Positions 9,152 to 19,984 of a DNA stretch of 64,000 nucleotides are shown piece by piece. The notes under the pieces are model-generated. The model saw only the letters and a program-made list of their open reading frames with translations, did not search any database and was not told the origin of the DNA. The position numbers were made by a program, and so were the translations under genes. The stretch spans positions 160,001 to 224,000 of the forward strand of contig OZ253375.1 of NCBI GenBank assembly GCA_965261005.1. Reading direction: 5' to 3'. How positions within the stretch are numbered: position 1 is the first letter of the stretch; each line of letters opens with the position of its first letter. The stretch comes from Deinococcus sp. (GTDB taxonomy: Bacteria; Deinococcota; Deinococci; Deinococcales; Deinococcaceae).

Positions 9152-10340
9152 CTGACATATTGCAGTTTAAGGAGCGTGGGTAGGGATGGCGTCTTGAGCG
9201 GCGTCGAGGTCGGCGAGTTCGAGGAGCAGGGCGGCACGGCGCACGTCGGCGAGCAGGGTGAGCCGCAGGGCTTTGGCCAGTTCACCCCAATCCGGCCACT
9301 CGCCAGGTGGCCGTGGTGGCAAGTCGAGATCGGCCAAGTGACACAGCAGGAAGGCCAAGGTCGAGAGGCACCAAAAGCGGAAGGCGCCCTGTTTGCTGTG
9401 CTGGGCAAAGCGTTCCAAACCGAAACGGCCTTTGATGGTTTTGAAGAACGCCTCGATCTTCCAGCGACGTTTGCCTACACGGGCCAGGTAGACACCGCCC
9501 AGTTTGCAGCTGGACATCACGAAACGCTGTTCGGGCTGCGTGTTGCGGTACAGCCAAACCCAAGAGACGGTCATGTGCTGACGCAGTCCTTGAGGGGTGA
9601 CGGTCGAGCCACGCACGGTGAGGTCGGCGACGGTGCGGCCATCTGCGAGCTTGCGGTTTTTGCGCACGCCCACGATCAGATCGAACCCAACGTCGAGGAC
9701 ACCGTGGATGAAGGTGGCACACTCGAAGCCGCCGTCGGCATGCACGCGCGCCTTTCGACCGCTGCTGAGCAACCCCTTGGGAACGCTGCGGAGCAGTTTA
9801 AGGGCCAGCACGGCGGGTGAGGGGGTGCCTTTACCGCGCCAGACCTGGACGGCCCAGGGCAAGCGGAGCGGACCACAGCAGAGGTAGAGGACGACCAGAT
9901 GAACGCCGTGGACGCCGTTGTAGACGTGCATCCAGTCATCCAACTGCTCAAAGTGGCCGGTCTTTTCCAAGCTGGTGAGGTCGATCAAGAGTTCGAGGCG
10001 GGGACGCTGGTGGGGAGCTGAGCGCCAGAAGTCGAGGAGCGTTTGCTGAGCGTGGTGACGCAGGGCGCGAACGAGGGAGCGGGTGGACCAGCCGTAGTGG
10101 TTGAGAAACCGGCTGATGGCAGCGGGAGACTTGACGGTGGCTTGACTGGGGAATGGTCGGCCCTTGGCTTCGAGGAGCAAGTCGAGGAAGACGCGCAACG
10201 AGTCGCGGTGCTGCTTACGAGCGAAGCTCTTGAGGATGTCAGAATAGAGTTGTCTGGAACGTGCTTCTTTTGGATTCACACCCCAGCTTGGGGCCAAAAC
10301 CGCGTTCCAGACAACCCCTATGAAATCTGCAACATGTCAG
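9152..10340 (-). mobile_element. IS701-like DDE element, copy A (transposase 9167-10297)
   Basis: IRs CTGACATATTGCAG / CTGCAACATGTCAG, 1189 bp, same protein as copy B. Flanks TTGA/TAAA do not match. Confidence 0.85.
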
Positions 10341-11192
10341 TAAACGTCTTCACGCTCGTCGGTTCGTCACTCACCACCTGCCACTGCTCTAGGCCGTCTG
10401 TCGGACGGCCCAGAGCGACGTGAACGGAACCGAAGTGCTGTCCAGTCAAGGTGATGTTGTGAAAGCAACGGGTCTCTCTGGGCGAAAGTCGCACCTCACC
10501 CACCTTGCACAACCGCTGTCCATCTGGAGCAGCCAGAATCAAGCTCGATTTGATGCGGATGCGGTAATGCCAGCCGCAGACTCGGAGCCACGCCATCAGT
10601 TCCGTATCGCAGAACCCTCGATCGGCCAGCAGGCGAACTTGATGTAGGCCAAGGAAGTCGAGCATCCCCTTGACTTCGGCCAGCACGGGGAGCAGGTGGG
10701 CGGTGCTGACCTGGGCGCTGGAATGTTCAAGGACACGCGAGACCAGCGGAACTGCTCGTCCCCGAAAGAGCACCGAGACGCGGATCAGGCAAAACTTCTC
10801 GAACAGGACGCTGGTATCCAGGGCCAGGATCAGGGGATGTCTGCCCCAGTCGCGGAGGGCACGGGTGATCAGCGGACCGTAAACACTGGTGGGATCAACG
10901 GCTGGATTCTCCAGCCACCGACGAACTCGGCGTTCGCTGCTTTGCGCGAAGGTGGCACGAGAGTGGATGTGAGGGAGCCAAGCGGGGATAGAGCTGCGCT
11001 GGGAGAGCAGCAGGCCGCTGACCATCCAAGCGAGGGTACGCGCATTGCGGATGTCGTTCCAGAGAGCAGTCTGGAGCTGAGCGAGAACAGCTTGATAGAG
11101 TCGGGCAGCGTCCCCACTGGCATTTTCGGTCTTCACAAACAGAAAGTGTCCCACAGCGGGGACGCTTTCTCATACTTTCTGTCAGGCCCTCA
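10341..11192 (-). mobile_element. IS4-like element, truncated (transposase 11154-10341)
   Basis: [23 protein letters not shown] motifs. Third catalytic region lost at the IS701 junction. Left end approximate. Confidence 0.8.
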
Positions 11193-12260
11193 GGCCACTG
11201 GAGTCGAATTGGACTCTCACCGTTGTAGAAGTATTGTAAGCCCTTCCGCCTGAGTAATATCCTTCTCCGACGACTCTACTAAACGGTACATCTACGGTTC
11301 GTATGCCCGGCCTGTACATTGACTGTGCTCTCTCATAAGCAGATAGAAGATCGGCGTTGTCTAAAAAACGTGTTGAATCTCTAAGAGGTCCTTGTACACC
11401 GTCAGGTGTATAGCCAGTTCTAGCCCTGTACTGCTGTTGTTCAAGGGTCGTACCAGCGCCGTGACGCCGTAAACCATGTGTGCTGTCAGTCCCGAAGCGA
11501 TCTTCGAGCAGTTTGATAGCTGCCTTCGGCTCACAGTTATGAACCAACCACCCCTGCGTGCCGACGAAGAAGGTATGGGCGTCCTTGACCTCCAGGTTGT
11601 ACATGGTCCTGGTCTGGGTGACGGTGTTGACGTACCTCACGACCCCGAAGCCGCCATCCGCCTTCTGAATCTTATCCCCGACCTTGAGGTGCCCCGCCCC
11701 AACCCAATGCTCGTTCAGGTCCTCATGACCGATGGGTTTCGGTCTGGCTTGGTTACCCGACTGCGCCTTGACGTAGAAGGGGTGCTCAGGTGTGGTCGTG
11801 ACGAGTTCCTGGTCCACTTGCAGGAAGGTGATCTGAGGGTCCTGGTTGATGAACACCTGCTGGATCGGCTGGTATTCGTTCTGCCCCTTCTGCTCGTTGT
11901 ACGCCAGCACGTCCTGGCCGACGGCGAGCGAGGCGATGGGAGTGAGACCGAGTTTGGTCAGCACCGGCGTGTCCGGCGAGAAGGAGTGCAAACAGCTGAA
12001 GGCTTTGCCAAAGGCGTTGGCCTCGCTGCGCGCGATGTCCCGACCCGCCACCTCGCCCGCCTCCAGCGCAGCTTTGCCGAGTCCGAACTCAGGTTTGAGC
12101 GCGTCGAAGAAGGGCACGAACGTCGCTACGGTCAAGGCGCCGGACTCCGCCTGCTGCCACCACGGTATCTCGCGTCCGGTATACGGGTCGCGTCCGGTGA
12201 AAAAGCGGTAGCCATCGTTGTAGCCGATGAAGTCCAGCGCTTCGCGCAAGGTGCCGTACA
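11182..12260 (-). pseudogene. Orphan PT-TG + full Hint + toxin tip (truncated by IS)
   Basis: GYRFFTGRDPYTG (PT-TG), Hint 11985-11536 (SF..VHN|C), tip HGLRRHG..STRF..VGEGY resembling CdiA-type RNase tips. No adjacent immunity gene. Confidence 0.8.
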
Positions 12261-12328
12261 GCAGCTGCTTGCTTCTGAGAGACGAGCCTCAACCTCCCCT
12301 GTACAAATCCGTGTCAATCCCAACATCC

Positions 12329-12697
12329 TCAATAAGCCTCGAAACCATCAATCTGTATCAGTCCGAATACCACCCGAATCGCCTTGTCTGACGATTCCAA
12401 CATAAACCCTCCATCCGTGTCTGTAATAATCAGCTTTACATGGTGGCTGACAGCAGGATAAGTGATATGTGCCAGTTTCACTTCGTGAAGCGTTAAATTC
12501 ATAACTGCTGTAGTCGCTCTCTTATCCCACCTTGGACTAGGCAAATCTGGGAAGTGGCTCAACTCAATGCGCATCTCTACCCTGTATAACTGCCACAAAA
12601 GGCTGGTCTGAATGACTTGCCCCTCAAGGTCAGGACTTGGATCACGGTATCGCTCTGTCAACTGCCTTGGATTGTTTGCTACTTCATACCAGCGCAT
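12329..12697 (-). CDS. Immunity protein, Imm50-like
   Basis: ATG 12697 with GGAGG SD. MRWYEVANNP..FPDLPSPRW motif, follows an HNH-type tip. Confidence 0.65.
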   Translation of the reverse strand: MRWYEVANNPRQLTERYRDPSPDLEGQVIQTSLLWQLYRVEMRIELSHFPDLPSPRWDKRATTAVMNLTLHEVKLAHITYPAVSHHVKLIITDTDGGFMLESSDKAIRVVFGLIQIDGFEAY

Positions 12698-12724
12698 CGC
12701 ACACCTCCTACTGCAAGACACCAC

Positions 12725-13313
12725 TCATCTCTGAAAAGGGTAGTGGTCGAGCGTTCCGGGTAACGTCGTTCTAGGCTTGCCGAACGGGCGAACGTTGAAG
12801 TGTGGGGGTTGATCGCCTACCCCTCCCTGCTGGAATGAGTGGCCCGCCGAGTGGTCTTGAATCGTTATTTTGGTACCATCTGGCCGAACAAAGTCATACT
12901 CCCTGGTCAGCACCGGACGACCGTTGGGTTGGCGGACGATAACACCGTTCTGAGTCAGAGGAACTTCGCGGTATTGCCTTCCTCCAGCCTGTGCAAAGGG
13001 CTGCTGACTCACCGGTATTCCAGCGTCACGCTTCGCCTGCGCGAAAGCTCCACTTCGACCTGGCAAATCGCAATTATGGACCAACCACCCCTGCGTCCCG
13101 ACGAAGAAGGTGTGGGCGTCCCTGACCTCCAGGTTGTACATGGTCCTGGTCTGCGTGACGGTGTTGACGTACTTCACGACGCCGAAGCCGCCATCCGCCT
13201 TCTGAATCTTATCCCCGACCTTCAGATGCCCGGCGCCAACCCAATGCTCGTTCAGGTCCTCATGACCGATGGGTTTCGGTCTGGCTTGGTTGTCCGACTG
13301 CGCCTTAACGTAG
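12725..13313 (-). pseudogene. Orphan half-Hint + HNH/EndoVII-fold (Tox-HNH-EHHH-like) nuclease tip
   Basis: Hint C-half ending VHN|C. Tip AFAQAKRDAGIP..TREYDF..IQDHSAGH..GDQPPHFNVRP..HYPF. Confidence 0.8.
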
Positions 13314-13495
13314 AGGGAGCGTGCGAGGGTGGGAAGGATAGCTGGGGCGCTCTTTTCGTACCAATCCCGCTTGCGTCTGTAGGCACAGTAACCACGCTGT
13401 AGTCACGCTCTCGACTAGATACCTTCCTCCTGCTAAAGCTGTACGACAGTAACTGTAGTTGCGGAACGAGCGGCAGGGTGACAGCGATAGACAGG

Positions 13496-13530
13496 AAAAA
13501 GCCCTCCTCGCTCATCTGCGAGGAGGGCTT
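13496..13530 (-). terminator. Rho-independent terminator after main toxin-immunity pair
   Basis: Minus strand AGCCCTCCTCGC-loop-GCGAGGAGGGCT-TTTT, 12-bp perfect stem. Confidence 0.8.
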
Positions 13531-13542
13531 GAAGGCCACACT

Positions 13543-14001
13543 TTAGGTACCTACCTCCCAAAATGTAGTGTAAGGGTCGAAATCATCGTTGTCATAGAAA
13601 GCTTCAACCGAGAAGTTCCGGTCAGGATAAGCTGATAACAAAGCGCCTCTCCAACAGGCCGCAATAATATCGCATAACATTTTAAGTAATTCAAAGTTAA
13701 TATCCTCATTAGGATCATCGTTTACGAAGAGCTGTGAAATGTGCAAGTGATTCATAACCTTTTGAACCTCTGACATTTTACCGTCTAGGCGTCTCTCCCA
13801 ATCGTCTACCCCGTCTTGCGAGAATTGATATTTTATGAATACTGATGCCTTGTATTCTACAAAGTCCGGCGAAAATAAGGACGATAACAAGAGGACCTGT
13901 TGCAGATCGTATTTATGCGAAATGTAAGAAAGCGGCGTAATGTTGCGTCCATTAATATCACGTAGCCATTGTAGATACTCAGGAATGTCCTGACGTTTCA
14001 T
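13543..14001 (-). CDS. Cognate immunity protein of the main toxin (152 aa)
   Basis: AT-rich, acidic, ATGA overlap with toxin stop at 13998-14001. Confidence 0.8.
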   Translation of the reverse strand: MKRQDIPEYLQWLRDINGRNITPLSYISHKYDLQQVLLLSSLFSPDFVEYKASVFIKYQFSQDGVDDWERRLDGKMSEVQKVMNHLHISQLFVNDDPNEDINFELLKMLCDIIAACWRGALLSAYPDRNFSVEAFYDNDDFDPYTTFWEVGT

Positions 14002-14278
14002 CTTCTCCTCAATGTGGGAATTTCATCGGGATTTGCCGGTCGTGGATACGTCTCATTCCCAAGGAATTTCTGCCCGGTTTTTGGGTTAACGTCACGCCCT
14101 CGGTAGACAACATGTGGAGTAGGAACGTCCCCGTGAGTGGCTCCCACTAAATCAACGCGCTTAACAGGCAACCCATCGTTTCCATACACCTGGTATCTTG
14201 TAACGTTACCATTACCATCTACCCTATACAGCACCTCGCCTGGCTTTGCTTTGGGTGGGAATGATCTACCTGTTACTA

Positions 14279-15154
14279 GAGGGTGCCAAGCAGGCATTTG
14301 AAGTAGGGGAGGTCGGCTCTGTGTGAAGCAGAATGAGGGATGACCCGGCGCGCCTACCCCTCTGACCTCGACGACGAGACCTATCAGTTCATGCTGCCTT
14401 ACCTGCTGCTGTCCCCCGAAGACGCCCCCCAACGACAGTACGCTCTGCGAGATGTGCTCAACGCGCTGTTCTACGTCGTCCGTACCGGCGTTCAGTGGCG
14501 CTATCTTCCCCATGATCTGCCCCCCGGCGAAACCGTCCGTCAACAAGCCCAGCGCTGGTTCGAGGCAGGCTGCTTCGAGAACATGCTGCGCGACCTGCGC
14601 ATCTTCTCCCGTCTCCAACACGCCCGTGGGGAGGAGCCAACGGCGGTGATCCTCGACAGCCGCACCCTCCAGAGCACCCCCGAAAGCGGCAGCAGGGCCG
14701 GTTACGACGGCGGCAAGAAGCGCAAAGGGACCAAGGTGCACATCGTCGTGGACACCCTGGGTCATCTCTTGACCTTGATGAGCACACCTGCGAACGAGCA
14801 AGACCGTGCCCAAGTCCACGAGCTGTGTGTGCAGGTACAGGAGGTGACGGGGGTGAAGGTGGAGGTGGCCTTTGCCGATCAAGGGTACACCGGACAAGAG
14901 ACGGCGCAAGACGCGGCGGATGGTGGGGTGGAGCTGATCGTGGTCAAGCGGCCAGAAGCGACCAAAGGGTTTGTGTTGCTACCGAAGCGCTGGGTGGTGG
15001 AACGGAGCTTTGCATGGCTGTCACGCTTCAGACGGCTGGGACGCGATCTGGAACGGCTGCCTGAGATGCTGCTGGGCTTTCATACCCTCGCCTTCTGCCT
15101 TCTGCTCTCAACGAAACTCGCTGTCTAGAGTTCGCTTGGCTCCTTGGCACCCTC
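14279..15154 (+). mobile_element. IS5-family element, complete (transposase 14340-15128)
   Basis: IRs GAGGGTGCCAAG / CTTGGCACCCTC, TA duplication within [30 protein letters not shown]. Confidence 0.92.
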
Positions 15155-18100
15155 TAGACGGCCTTCTCCGATCAAGTCGTCCGCATGTGCAAGTCCTAAG
15201 GGGCAGCTCGCATTGTGAACCAACCAGCCCCGCGTCCCAACGAAGAAGGTGTGGGCGTCCCTGACCTCCAGGTTGTACATGGTCCTGGTCTGCGTGACGG
15301 TGTTGACGTACTTCACGACGCCGAAGCCGCCGTCCGCCTTCTGTATCTTATCGCCGACCTTGAGGTGCCCCGCGCCCACCCAGTGCTCGTTCAGGTTCTC
15401 ATGGCCGATGGGTTTCGGTCTGGCTTGGTCGTCCGACTGCGCCTTGACGTAGAAGGGGTGCTCTGGGGTGGTCGTAACGAGTTCCTGGTCCACTTGCAGG
15501 AAGGTGACCTGGGGGTCTTGGTTGATGAACACCTGCTGGACCGGCTGGTACTCGTTCTGGCCCTTGGTTTCGTTGTAGGCCAGCACGTCTTGACCGACGC
15601 TCAGGGAGGCGATGGGGAGGAGGCCGGCGCGGGTCAGGACCGGAGTGTCGGGGGTGAAGGAGTGCAAACAGCTGAAGGCTTTGCCAAAGGCGTTAGCCTC
15701 GCTGCTCGCGATGTCCCGGCCCGCCACTTCGCCCGCCTCTAGGGTGGCCTTGCCGAGACCTAGCTCGGGTTTGATCTCGCCGACAAAGGGAAGTACTGTT
15801 GCTGCGGTCAATAGGCCGGACTCAAGCCGCTGCCACCCTGGAATTTCTTGTCCCGTGAGTGGATCCCGTCCTGTAATGGCGCGGTAGCCGTCTGTGTACC
15901 CACTGGCGTCCGAGAACTCACGTGTCGTCTGCGCGGTGCGACCGTCCAGGCTGCTTAGGGTGCTTTTCAGCAGCTTTGTGCTTGCCACGTACGCCCGGTA
16001 ACTTTCTCGCGTCGAATTGTCTTGGTTCGGCGCGCTGTTGTCCGGGTGGGCGCTTCGCCACTTAGACGCCGTGCCGGAGAGCTTGTACAAACCATCTTCC
16101 GAGAGCCTGCCGGTGACCAGGTCGTCTTTCAGGTTGGTGTAGAAGTCGAGCCGCTCTCCCGGCACCCAATTCTGGGTCATGTTGGCGATGGGATCGAGGG
16201 CGGCGGCGGCGCGCTCTCCCCAAGCGTTTTGCGCGGCTGTTCGCAGGTCCGTGATGAGCGCCCTGGCTTTGAGGTCGTAGCCCAGCTGCAAGTCCCGTTG
16301 CGCGTTGTCGGCGGCGTTGCTGTCGTCCACGTTCTTGGGGGTGGGGCTGGCCGCAGGGACCGGACATCTGCGCGGGTCTACTTTACCGAGGGCGGAATCG
16401 CACGGCGGTGGCACGTCCAGCGTCTTGACGTTCCCCTTCACCCCCTCGGCCGGTTTGATGTCCTTGATGCCTTGTCCCGGCTGAGCGACGCCGGGGATGT
16501 TGGGCGTCCCGAGGCCGCTTCCTGCCGCCGGCGTGATGCTGGCCACCCCGTCCGCCGGTGTCGCGCCGACGGGGGGGACGTTGGCCTGTCCCGGCGCCTC
16601 GATCTTGCCCACATCGGGCAGAACCGGCACGCCGCCCGCTGCTGGGACGATGCCCGTGACGTTGAGGTTGTTCAGGCTGCCTGGCAAGACGGAGCTGGGC
16701 GCTTCGAGGGGAGCCAGGTTAACGCCGAAGGGGTTCTGCGTTTGGGTCTGGGTTTGTGGGGCGGCTTGCTGGGTTGGAGTGCTGTCCGGTGATGGGGACA
16801 GGCTGGGCAGGGCGGCGAGGGGCTGCATGCCCAGGGTCGTCACGCCGAAGGGCTGCTCATCTTTGCTCTCAGGCTTTTTGTCTTCTTTGGCTGGGGCTTT
16901 GATGTCGCCGGGGCTAGGGACGTTGGGGTTGGCGCTCAGCGGCGGCAGGATGCTGGCGGGGTCTATCCGCACGATGGCGGAGGTGGGGGTGACGGGGGCT
17001 TCCAGCGGTTGCAGGTCCGCTTGCTCGAGCGCCGAGAAGGTGTAGATGACGCCCCAGACCTCGCCTTCCTTCTCATTCATGCCGTCGGCCAAGGTGTAGC
17101 TCTGGTCCCTGACCTGTTCATTTTCGGGCGCGTCCCAAGGCACTTTTGCCGTGGAATTGATCGGGACCGAGCAGTAATTTCCATTGCAGACCTTGACGTG
17201 CTCAACCACGCCGCGCCGCTTGCGAATAACTTGGACGTCGCCGCCAATCGCGTAGGTCGTGTAGGTCTCGCGGCTGAGGCTGTACTCCTTGTTGCCTGAC
17301 TCCTGAAAGGCGGCGGCTGACGACAGCATCTGGTTTCCGAACGGGTCGTACCGGTAATCGGCGTAATCCGTAGCACTCCAACCCGTCGATTGAATGAATC
17401 CACGGTGGCCATTGGTGGTGTCGTAGATCTGGTTGAACGTCGCCACCCGCTCGTCGGCGTCGTAGCGCTTGCTGTAACCGGCGTACTTGCCAGTCCCCGT
17501 CACTTCGATGCGGTTTCCTCTCGTATCTATGGCGTACGAACTGGTTTCTTTCTGTGTGGAGACGACGTTCCCCGAAGGGTCCTTTAGACTCACGGTCGTT
17601 GCTTCACTCTGTACAACGTTCAACGGATTTGGCGTCAGGCTGTGGTCGGACACATATGAACTCAAGACCGATTTAGTACCGACGGTACTCGTCGTTCCCA
17701 CGGCATGCTCGCTGACACGGTTGCCACGTTCGTCGTAGCCGAAATCGCTTTGCGTTACGGTTTCCGCAGAATCCCTAAGATTGGTATCTTTTTGAGACCA
17801 CACCACGCCCACAAGGCTATTGCCCGCCTTGGCATATACCATAGATGAGGTTTTATCTTGCCCAGGTTTTGTCCCGGGGAACTTTTTGCTTCCCGAGTTG
17901 GCAACCAAGCCGCCGACGGTTGAAGTTGTGCTCTCTTGATACAGAACTGCACCATCGGAAGTAAGAACTGAAGAGTTCACGCTCGCGTCGGATGAGGTTC
18001 GACCGTAGTTCGTCGTCGTTCTGGTGGGTCCTACATAGTTGAGATCGTTGGGACCGTTCGTACCGTTGCTATCCCAAACGCTGGTCTCGCGCCCGCGAGC

Positions 18101-19984
18101 GTCATACCCGTCCACGCGCCTGGTGCCGCCGCCAGTCTTGGTGCTTTTGAGCAAGTTGTCGTAGCCCCAAAATTCTGAGGTTGTCGCGGCAGCACTTGCG
18201 TAGCGCTTTCCGTCCAAATAGTAGGTGTAGTCGGTGTTGACCGTGAGAGGGTCCAGCTTGGCATCTACGCTCAACGGCAACTGATCGCCTACTTGCGCTC
18301 TGCTTATGAGATCGCGCTCATTGTAGAAGGCCGTCATAGCTCCGTTGGTTGCTGCCAATAACGCACCTTTGGTCACACCATCTAGAACCTTCTTCGGCTG
18401 CACCCACGATTCTACGTCACGTAATTCGTGAATTTCCTTGTTGGTTGGCGAATACTGGTAAGAAAAATAATTCTGTTTGAGGGTCGTATCGATAGGCAAA
18501 TTACTGGCGTTGGAAGGAGTATTCCAGTTCTCAGTTACGTTGCCGTTTGCGTCATATTTCCAATACGTCAGATAATTTGCCAATCCTGTACTTGTACCAT
18601 TTCCCAAGCGCTGCTCAGCGAACACGCTGGTCGTACCGCTGAAAGTGCGCTTGTACCGTTGCCCCAAGCCGTTGGTCAGAAACGAGCGTTGAAACTCCTG
18701 GGTATTTTTCGTTCCCGGAGACAAGACATTGTTGTAGCCCACCAGCGACGTCTCGGCTGAAGCGTTGCCGGCGAGATCGTACTGGTGCAGCGTGACGTTA
18801 CCCGAGGTGACGGTGAGCGAGGGATCGTTTGCCAAGACGTCGGGTTTGCTGGCCAGGTTGCCGGTGTAGTCGTAGGTCGTCTCGGCGGTCATCAAACCGT
18901 CCAGCCGGTAGGTTCGCAGCTTGGAGATGGTGCTCGTTCCGCTCAGGTGGGGGCGCTCTTCGGAGATCACCTTGCCGAGGCTGTTATAGACGTATCCGGT
19001 CTCCAGCCCGTTCTCAACCTTGCGCGTCAGGTTGCCCGCGCCGTCGTACTGATAGCTGGAGGACAGGCCGCCGCCCGTCGGGAAGGCCGTGCTGTCGGTG
19101 GTATTGCCGGCGCGCAAAGGCTGCTGCTGGCCTGTGGGCCGCCCGGCGCCGTCGTAGCTTTTGTTGGTGATAAACCCTTCAGGGCTGATGGTGTAGATTT
19201 CGTCGCCCCGCGCGTCGTAGCGCTGCTCGGTCGAAGAGCCGTCGGGCAGGGTGGTGACGCGGGGCCGGCCCGCGTAGTCGTAGGTGTAGCTCGTCTTCGC
19301 GTCGCCGCTGCTGCCGGCCGGCACGTTCATCAGCGCCGCGTGAACGGCGGTCGGGTAGACGCGGTTGCCGTAATCCCGCACTTCTGTTTGCACAAAGGCT
19401 GAGGTGGCACCCGGACTAAAGCTCTTGGCCGCCACGCCCGCGCCCACGCGAGGCTGATAGGTATTTTGCAGCAGGCCGTCGGCCGTGTACGCGTACGCTT
19501 TGGCCACATAGCCATTTGCGTTCGTCTCGGTAAGGACGTTGCCCAGCTGGTCGTACGTCTTCTTCGAGGTGTTGCCGCGCGGGTCCAGCACCTGGATGAG
19601 GCGCCCGGCGGCGTCGTAGGCTATGCTGGTGGTGACCGAGGTGAAGCCGGAGTTCAGCTCTTTATAACCTTCCTCACTGCCCTTCCAAACTTGCTGTGTG
19701 ATCCGTACGGCGTTGTCGTCCGGATCGTAAACGGTCTGCTTCGTGTAGTTGTTGGCGTCCGTGACCTTGGTGGGGCGGTCGAAGATGTCGTAGTCGGTGG
19801 TGATCCGGGCAACGCCCGTGCTCGGCATCTCCCGCTTGTCCGGCTGCACAGTGCCAAACAAAAGCCGGGTTTCCGAAGTGCGGCGGTCGAGACCGTCGTA
19901 GCCGTACTGGACAAACGGACGGCGTTTGTCCGTGTAAGGCATGCCGCTACTGGTAACCAGCGCTGGGCTGAGCTGTTTGGTTAA

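Noticed and set aside
8455..9408. 317-aa ORF as an expressed IS-toxin fusion
   Set aside because: Starts at a TTG in an alternative IS frame with no evident SD, and the Hint N-terminus is missing. Treated as chance read-through.
13998..14909. 303-aa ORF ending in the toxin tip
   Set aside because: Its first ~210 aa are the antisense frame of the IS5 transposase. Only 14278-13998 is real toxin sequence.
2710..15661. Repeated Hint segments as CRISPR or DGR template repeats
   Set aside because: Repeats are 150-450+ bp of coding DNA with mostly synonymous changes. No short repeat-spacer period, cas gene or reverse transcriptase.
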